From: Octopus vulgaris | Lineage: Eukaryota | Assembly: GCA_951406725.2 (NCBI GenBank) | Contig: OX597814.1 | Location: forward strand, 2,604,001 to 2,668,000 | DNA length: 64,000 nt | Direction: 5' to 3' | In this document: piece by piece, positions 55,721 to 64,000 of the stretch | How positions within the stretch are numbered: position 1 is the first letter of the stretch | Layout of the letters: every line of letters begins with the position of its first letter | The notes under the pieces: model-generated | Told to the model about the DNA's origin: nothing | The model's database searches: none | The model's input: the letters and a program-made list of their open reading frames with translations, nothing else | Made by a program: the position numbers and the translations under genes

Positions 55721-56440
55721 ACGATGGGCGTTCAGTAAGTAATGCCCCCTAACCCACTTCCCATAGCAGTAGAGCAACAGAAACTTGGCACAGTTATTAG
55801 TCTTTTTCTACATAGGAACCACCCAGAGTTACGCATTTCTCCCATCGTTTGATGCAGCTCTGGAGACCGTTTTTGTAAGAGACCACAGCTTGGTCCTCCA
55901 ACCTCGATGTGACTTCAGAAAGCAAGGCTGCATCATCTAGGAAATGCTTTCCTTTCAAAGCAACTACTTCATGGCTGGGAAGAGGTGAAAATCAGAGGTG
56001 CAAGGTCAGGAGAGTAAGGGGTATGGGGGGAGGAGTTCATAGCCGCACGCCCTGCTGCGCTTCCGATCTGGCGACACGTGAGTTGTGGACCAAGAGCGTT
56101 GTCCTGCAGGAGGAGGATGCCTTTTGCTGATCTTGACCCGCCTCTTGATTTTGATAGCTTCTCTTAATTTACATTTCCTCAAAAGTGAAGCATAATAGGC
56201 TCCTGTAATTGTGGTACCCTACTTGCCAGGAAATCTGTCATCACTACTCCGTCCTGGTCCCAGAAGACTGTGAGCATGACCTTGCCTTCTTTGGAGGAGG
56301 TGAGTCACGAGTGCTTCTACTGCATTGACTGGGCTTTGGTCTCTGGATCATAGACCGTTTAGGTTTCGTCCCTGTGCAATCAGTCTTTCGAAGAATTTGT
56401 GCTCATCAGTCTTGGCACATCTCCAAATTCATCCTCGACA
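55720..56440 (-). mobile_element. Degenerate mariner element, 3' part with terminal inverted repeat
   Basis: TA-CGATGGGCGTTCAGTAAGTAATGC mariner-type terminus; minus strand SPDLAPSDFHLFP-like and L..RWEKC motifs. Confidence 0.75.
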
Positions 56441-57285
56441 TATATACATAAAACCATACTCATACGCATACACACACACACACACACACATAGATATACA
56501 CTCAGACAGACATAGATACATGCATATGTATACACACACATACACACATGTGTACTAGATATGTATCGACATTTAAAAAAATATTCAATACTACAATGTA
56601 GAATCAATGATCATATTTTTAATTGATGGATGGGTAATGCTTAATACGTATTAGTTAATTAATTGATACGCACATGCGCACACCAGGACATAATTGCGCG
56701 CAATCAGAAACACACACATACACGTTGTCATGTACGTTGATATTGACAGTTGCAGAAAGCTTTGCTAATTAGCTAATCGAACATATCTGTACATCGATTT
56801 TGTGGCGTGTATGTGTGTATTTCTGGCGCGAGATGTCATTTCGATATTCAATAGCGATTTTCTTACTAAAAACATCATTTTAGACATTTGCATAATACAC
56901 CCTCAAACACACCTAGATAATACACACACACACACACACACAAACATACACACACGCACACATGTGCACATACGCTTATATACATACATACACTAAAATC
57001 GAACGTAGAATGAGTGCTCAACCCCGCATTGGTGGAGCGGCTACATATTCTTTATTTGTAGGATACTTACACATATTCATACATTTATACATACATATAC
57101 ATATAAGTCTGCATTCGTATATATATATATATATATTTATACGTGTGTGTGTGTTTGTCTCCCCTTCGTAAATATATAAGGAAATGTGTCAAGGCTGACA
57201 AGAAGCGTCGATGCATCCTAGGGCTAAACAGCGGTGCTGTAATTCCCTTACAGGACTGTCACGTTAAGTAGACAGTATACAACCA

Positions 57286-57316
<31 letters not shown>

Positions 57317-58819
57317 CACACACACACATTCACATACAAACATTCATACATGCACATATCGATAGTTTCATACATGTATATACATACATTCATACATACA
57401 TGCATTCCTACATACATACGTTTATACGTACATGATAGCTGGTACGTACAAGTGAATATATAAATAAATATTCTGTACATTTTTTCCACTGCAATGGTTA
57501 TTATATAACATACCATTCTCATCTAGTTTTGTCTTCTTTTTACTTACCATTTTATTATTCTTGTCGTTGTTCCTTTTCTTTGTTATTCCCCACCACAACC
57601 ACCACCACCACCACCACCACCACCTTGTTAACCACTAAATGCCAGCCTCTCCCTTCTCTTTTCTTTTCAAGGAATGGACCGACCCTAAAGGAGGAGAAGG
57701 AAGGAAGAAGAAGCAGAAGAGTACGAAGCACCTTCTTCCGCCCAAACAGATTTTATCTGGTGTCTCTAGAGTTGCTATTTGAAATATATACATGAATTCA
57801 AGGAAATAGCCAGGATTCTCTTATCAGCAGCCGTTGCTTTCACCATAGATATTAGTTAATAATGTTCCAGCCTCTCTCTTCTTATCGCAGCTTTCTTCAA
57901 CTTGTGAATTCTATTTAAATATATTTAACTCCTTCACCATTAAAAAAATCCTTTCAATGAAACATGGACTCATTTGATTCAGGGGTGGTTCATAGTCTTT
58001 CCATATACCAAAACAAACTCTGCCGACTTAATTCCAAGAATTAAGTTTGGATCGAATGGGAATCAAGATTCGATTTTAATTTCTTTGAGTCTTTAATTTC
58101 ACTTAGTTTTCGATAACTTTGGAGAATACATAACCGCCATTTTGTCCCTAATTCTTTTTCTATATTAACTCATGTAACTTCTTCATGAATTATTTCTTGT
58201 TGTTGTTTGCGTTTCGCCCGAATTCAATCTTCATCAATCTGCCCAATAATCAGTCTTATTACAGGCCAAGCCAACCCAGTATTCATAATTTTTATTATTG
58301 TTTGTCAGACTTGTTCAATTCCAGGCAACATTATTAAATATGTCATAAACATGCCATTTAAAAAAGAAAAAAACAACACAACTTTGATGGTGATTGGACT
58401 ACTATTTCTAATACTTCAAGCAGCCATGTAAGAGCCTCAAATACCAGTAGAGTATCGAGCAAAATTACCAATAGTACTTAGTTGCGAGCCACAGAATTAA
58501 GAGCAGTTAAAAAGCAATCCTAAATATATTGAAACTCATTTAAATATATTTCTTACTTTCTTATATGATTTCTGTTGAGTTAAAGAGAGAAATATTTTCT
58601 CTTCTTCAAGGACATTACACAACAAAGAATGCGATAAAATGTTATATCAAAGGCGCATATAGAAATGCATCAGTTTGTTCTATCAACGAGCGAAGAGAAG
58701 TGAATTTTGTGTTTAATAACTGAAAGATTTACTAATGAGGACAGCAAGCCAGATCTTTTATCGGTCGAGTTGCGCTGAGCAGATTCGGTATACGATTATA
58801 TCAATATCCTTCTTTTTGT

Positions 58820-59240
58820 TTTTTATTTATCTCAGTCATGAGACTGCGGCCATGTTGGGGCGCCGCCTTGAAGCATTTTTTAGTCGAATGATTTGACACC
58901 AGTACATCCTTTTTGGGGGGTGGGGGGGAGCCCAGTACTTATTTTGTCGGTCCCTTATCACCGAAACGCTAGGTTTGCCTGGATGCAACACACCAACAAC
59001 AGGTGTCAAGCGGGACTGGGGGACAAATGCAAAGGAACACAAACTCACATACACACACACACACACGCTTACACACACATGCACGACAGGCTCCTTCCAA
59101 TTTCCGTCTGCCAAATCCACTCACAAAGCTTTGGTCCGCCCGAGACTATAGTAAAAAATACTCGCCCAAGGTGCCACGCAGTGGGACTGAACTAGGAATC
59201 ATGTGCTTGGGGAGCGAACTTCTACAACACAGTCACTCTT
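58820..59240 (-). mobile_element. SINE family A
   Basis: Reverse complement matches family A head, core and tail. Confidence 0.85.
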
Positions 59241-59261
59241 CTATGTATGTATATGTGTATG

Positions 59262-59426
<165 letters not shown>

Positions 59427-59605
59427 CATATATATAAAATAATAGTTATCGCCATACTAATATGGCATTCTTAAAAATAAGAAAAAAGCTGTCCGCTTAT
59501 TAGCTCCATGAGGCCATCGCCTTAAGTTAGCTATTTGATACACAAACTGTATCCATATAACCTTCGAACAAGGGAGGTCAGTCGCTCCACACTACTTGAC
59601 CGGCA

Positions 59606-59649
59606 GCTACAGACGCGTTTCGGGGTATTGCCCCTTTTCAATGCGTAGC
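59606..59649 (-). ncRNA. Minimal hammerhead ribozyme motif with U3-A8 core
   Basis: GCTACGCA-TTGAAAA-GGGG caata CCCC-GAAA-CGCG-TC-TGTAGC. Confidence 0.75.
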
Positions 59650-59826
59650 CAGCCAGTAGGTGTCGCTTCCGACAATCTCTGTTCGATGGTTTTATTTACC
59701 TAGTTTCGGTGGAATACATCCACTTGTTTTCAATAATAGAAATATTAAAATAGCTAAGTCTCTCTAAAAGAGAACAGCGGCAGCGTTCCCGGAAAATAAT
59801 AGTTATCGCCATACTAATATGGCTAC

Positions 59827-59868
59827 GCTGCACTGAAAAGGGGCAATACTCCGAAACGCGTCTGTAGC
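59827..59868 (+). ncRNA. Minimal hammerhead ribozyme motif (inverted copy)
   Basis: GCTGCA-CTGAAAA-GGGG caata CTCC-GAAA-CGCG-TC-TGTAGC; 6-bp stem I with one G-U. Confidence 0.7.
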
Positions 59869-60702
59869 TGCCGGTCAAGTAGTGTGGAGCGACTGACCTC
59901 CCTTGTTCGAAGGTTATATGGATACAGTTTGTGTATCAAATAGCTAACTTAAGGCGATGGCCTCATGGAGCTAATAAGCGGACAGCTTTTTTCTTATTTT
60001 TAAGAATGCCATATTAGTATGGCGATAACTATTATTTTCCGGGAACGCTGCCGCTGTTCTCTTTTAGAGAGACTTAGTTATTTTAATATTTCTATTACAT
60101 ATATATATATATATATATATATTAAACACCACGCATCCATTTCCATAATGTTTATCTTAACCTTATTGATGCGACTCTACTCTATACAGTTCTCACTCTT
60201 ATCCTCTCTAATTCCCTTTTTCTCTCTCTCTCGTTGCTCACACGTGTCCATCGTCCATCTTTCTTTTCCTCACAAGGCCATCTTTCTTTACTGCACGGAC
60301 TTTCTAAGAACTGGCCGTTTCCTATCTCTCTCTTCTATCTTTTCTCTTTTCAAAGAAAATATTTCTCCAGCATTCACTATTTTGCCCTCGTTAAGGTCTA
60401 ACCACCCTCCCTGTTTGTCTTCGTCCGGTTTCCTTGTATGTCTCCACAGTCCTGTTTTTGCTCCTAACTTTGACCCTCCATAAATCCAAAATTTTATTTT
60501 GTTATTTGTGGGAGCAACTGTCTTCGAAGACTCATATTGTCATTGAATGCTCGAAATGGGGAATAGATAGACAGCCGACAGCTGATGAAGAGTCATTCTC
60601 TGTATTACTTGTCTTTTTTTCTCTCGTTATTTGCGTATTTAACTCATTTGTTTTCGTATTTCATGTTGTTTACCGCTGGTGACGTCCTATACCCTTATAT
60701 GC

Positions 60703-60770
<68 letters not shown>

Positions 60771-60841
60771 CAATTTAACAAATAAAACATATGCATACAT
60801 ATATATATATGTACATACCTACATCTATATGTATATATACA

Positions 60842-60897
<56 letters not shown>

Positions 60898-61053
60898 TAC
60901 AGGACACCACAAATAAACGTAGAACACAACGAGAAACGAAAACATAAAATCAAACAAGGAAACGGACTTTTTTAACAACGAAAAAACAGAGTACAAGACA
61001 AACAATACAAGGAATATTCCCCTTCATCAGCTGCCCCTGGTTCGACTCAATGC

Positions 61054-61224
<171 letters not shown>

Positions 61225-61644
61225 TTACTGTTATCAATTAAAAGAGAACTTAGAAATTAATAGGAAACTCATTCTAACCGGTCCTAGCAGGTAATTGAAC
61301 TCTTAGGGATAAATAAAACTTCCCTGCAATAAATTCATTAATTTCGATGCATCCTTATTGGTCACATCCGACGCATACGTTTCCAAAGCCCTCTCTCTGC
61401 TTCTATAAAACAGTTAAAATATACTAATAAACTATTAAAACACTTCATCTTTTCCTGTATTGTTCAACCAATTATTTCTCACTCAGGCTTCATTCCGACA
61501 AAACATTACGTAGGTTCTCGCTCATATTACACACACGCGAGCGGAAACACAGTCACACACACACACACACACACTCCGTGTTTTTATACCGTATTTCAAC
61601 GGGTACAAAGAGCCCTCGTGTATAAAGAACTCCCTAATTTTGCG

Positions 61645-61735
<91 letters not shown>

Positions 61736-61738
<3 letters not shown>

Positions 61739-62137
61739 CGCAGGGGTGGCTGTGTGGTAAGTAGCTTGCTAACCAACCACATGGTTCCGGGTTCAATCCC
61801 ACTGCGTGGCATCTTGAGCAAGTGTCTTCTGCTATAGCCCCAGGCCAATGATTTGTGAGTGGATTTGGTAGACGGAAACTGAAAGAAGCCTGTCGTATAT
61901 ATGTATATATATATAAGTGTGTGTGTATATGTTTGTGTGTCTGTGTTTGTCCCCCTAGCATTGCTTGACAACCGATGCTGGTGTGTTTACGTCCCCGTCA
62001 CCTAGCGGTTCGACAAAAGAGACCGATAGAATAAGTACTGGGCTTACAAAGAATAAGTCCCGGGGTCGATTTGCTCAACTAAAGGCGGTGCTCCAGCATG
62101 GCCGCAGTCAAATGACTGAAACAAGTAAAAGAGAGAA

Positions 62138-62139
<2 letters not shown>
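61736..62139 (+). mobile_element. SINE family A, full length, in (TA)n
   Basis: AGGCGCAGGGGTGGCTGTGTGG head, GGTTCAATCCC B box, tail GACTGAAACAAGTAAAAGAG. Confidence 0.92.
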
Positions 62140-62228
<89 letters not shown>

Positions 62229-62344
62229 TATACATATATATTTATACATATATACACACACCTATATATAGATATACATACTTATATACATATATATACA
62301 TACATATATACATACACACACAGGCGCACACACTCACACGCACA

Positions 62345-62413
<69 letters not shown>

Positions 62414-63007
62414 CATATAGCCCGTTAGAAGATCTCTGTTCGTGATAGAAGCAGTGTACGAACCAAAAAGGTATTGCTTATGACCGCTTTAATATGGCTG
62501 TCCTCTAAAAGCAGGCGATACTGTCATTTAAACACCAGGAAGATGCACATAGTATGAATGGGAGAGCCTATTAAAAGCGTAAATAATTCAGATGTAAACT
62601 TATATACCACTTACTACATTGTACATTGACCGGTTTCAATGTATATAATTGTGTGTGCATGTGTGCGTGTGTGTGTGTGTGTGAGTGTGTGAGAGAGAGA
62701 GAGCAGAGAGAAATAGAGAGCGAGAGAGAATTTTGTTATAAGGATTCATTAGAATCAAGGCACATTCTGATACAGGAAGCCAGAAGTGGCTAGGTTCGAT
62801 AAAATAGAGCTCACACTAAGGTGCGCAATGTTGGGATCATCAAGTTTTGGTAGGATACCATAGACTGTAAATGCCAAATCAAATTTAATCTATCTATCCA
62901 ACCCTGGGATTGGTCCTTGGCGTGGCTCAGGTATACAAAGTAAATACAAATGGCTTTTAAAATTTACATTTATGTAATATACATTAGATATACATACGTT
63001 TATATAT

Positions 63008-63129
<122 letters not shown>

Positions 63130-63232
63130 TTATAGAATCTCAATAAGTGATGGAGTAGTAACGTGTACTAAACAGTAAAGCAAACAACTGCGATAAATTA
63201 TTGAAAGAAATAAAAACCGGCGTGCTAAAGTT

Positions 63233-64000
63233 TCTTATTTCTTTATTGCCCACAAGGGGCTAAACATAGAGGAGACACACTAGGACAGACAAAGGGATTA
63301 AGTCGATTATATCGACTCCAGTGCGTAACTGGTACTTATTTAATCGAACCCGAAAGGATGAAAGGCAAAGTCGACCTCGGTGGAATTTGAACTCAGAACG
63401 AAACGGCAGACGAAATACCTATTTCTTTACTACCCACAAAGGGCTACACACAGAGGGGACAAACAAGGACAGATAAACGGATTAAGTCGATTATATCGAC
63501 TCCAGTGCGTAACTGGTACTTATTTAATCGACCCCGAAAGGATGAAAGGCAAAGTCGACCTCGGTGGAATTTGAACTCAGAACGAAACGGCAGACGAAAT
63601 ACCTATTTCTTTACTACCCACAAAGGGCTACACACAGAGGGGACAAACAAGGACAGATAAACGGATTAAGTCGATTATATCGACTCCAGTGCGTAACTGG
63701 TACTTATTTAATCGACCCCGAAAGGACGAAAGGCAAAGTCGACCTCTGCGGAATTTGAACTCAGAACGAAACGGCAGACGAAATACCTATTTCTTTACTA
63801 CCCACAAAGGGCTACACACAGAGGGGACAAACAAGGACAGATAAACGGATTAAGTCGATTATATCGACTCCAGTGCGTAACTGGTACTTATTTAATCGAC
63901 CCCGAAAGGACGAAAGGCAAAGTCGACCTCTGCGGAATTTGAACTCAGAACGTAACGGCAGACGAAATACCTATTTCTTTACTACCCACAAAGGGCTACA
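63233..64000 (-). repeat. Tandem array of 184-bp SINE family B body units (at least 4, runs off window end)
   Basis: ACCTATTTCTTTACTACCCACAAAGGGC recurs at 63417, 63601, 63785, 63969. Confidence 0.95.

Larger units (their letters stand above)
59436..60097. mobile_element. Retrozyme/Penelope-pLTR-like non-coding element: 357-bp unit with 31-bp terminal redundancy plus inverted partial copy
   Basis: AAAATAATAGTTATCGCCATACTAATATGGC at 59436 and 59793; 59820-60097 is the reverse complement of unit parts; HHR motifs at 59606-59649 (-) and 59827-59868 (+); (TA)n flanks. Confidence 0.85.

Noticed and set aside
57830-58440. Possible degenerate LINE coding region on minus strand
   Set aside because: No diagnostic motif could be read; left unclassified
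62622-62643. GAAACCGGTC inside a short hairpin (similar half-motifs near 7610, 8304, 35646, 38189)
   Set aside because: Only the 3' half of the motif; CUGANGA box missing, so not called
63233-64000. CRISPR-like array or repeated 64-aa gene
   Set aside because: Whole units repeat with no unique spacers; eukaryotic SINE-derived; no cas genes

Overview
Eukaryotic, very AT-rich, microsatellite-saturated non-coding DNA with one 100-N scaffold gap (52674-52773). The tRNA-derived SINE families and the repeat load look like an octopus/coleoid cephalopod genome (inference). I find no supportable host protein-coding exon; almost all ORFs in the track are translations of simple repeats. The real coding remnants are transposon-derived: a Penelope-like element (RT + GIY-YIG) with a clean 5' inversion, four or five fragments of restriction-like-endonuclease (R4/Dong-type) non-LTR retrotransposons, CR1/L2-type LINE 3' ends, Tc1/mariner transposases (one with DD36E spacing) and a Helentron-type non-autonomous element. 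The most striking unannotated signal is a dense set of short non-coding elements carrying minimal type I hammerhead ribozyme (HHR) motifs: about a dozen motifs in at least 6-7 sequence families, several arranged as head-to-head fold-backs and sitting in (TA)n tracts. They include a 357-bp terminally redundant, retrozyme-like unit (59436-60097, second copy at 52774-53053), a family with a variant CCGANGA core and compensatory stem changes that is linked to the Penelope element, and a tRNA-promoter head joined to an HHR. All folds and alignments were read by eye and have not been computed; coordinates of degenerate elements are approximate.
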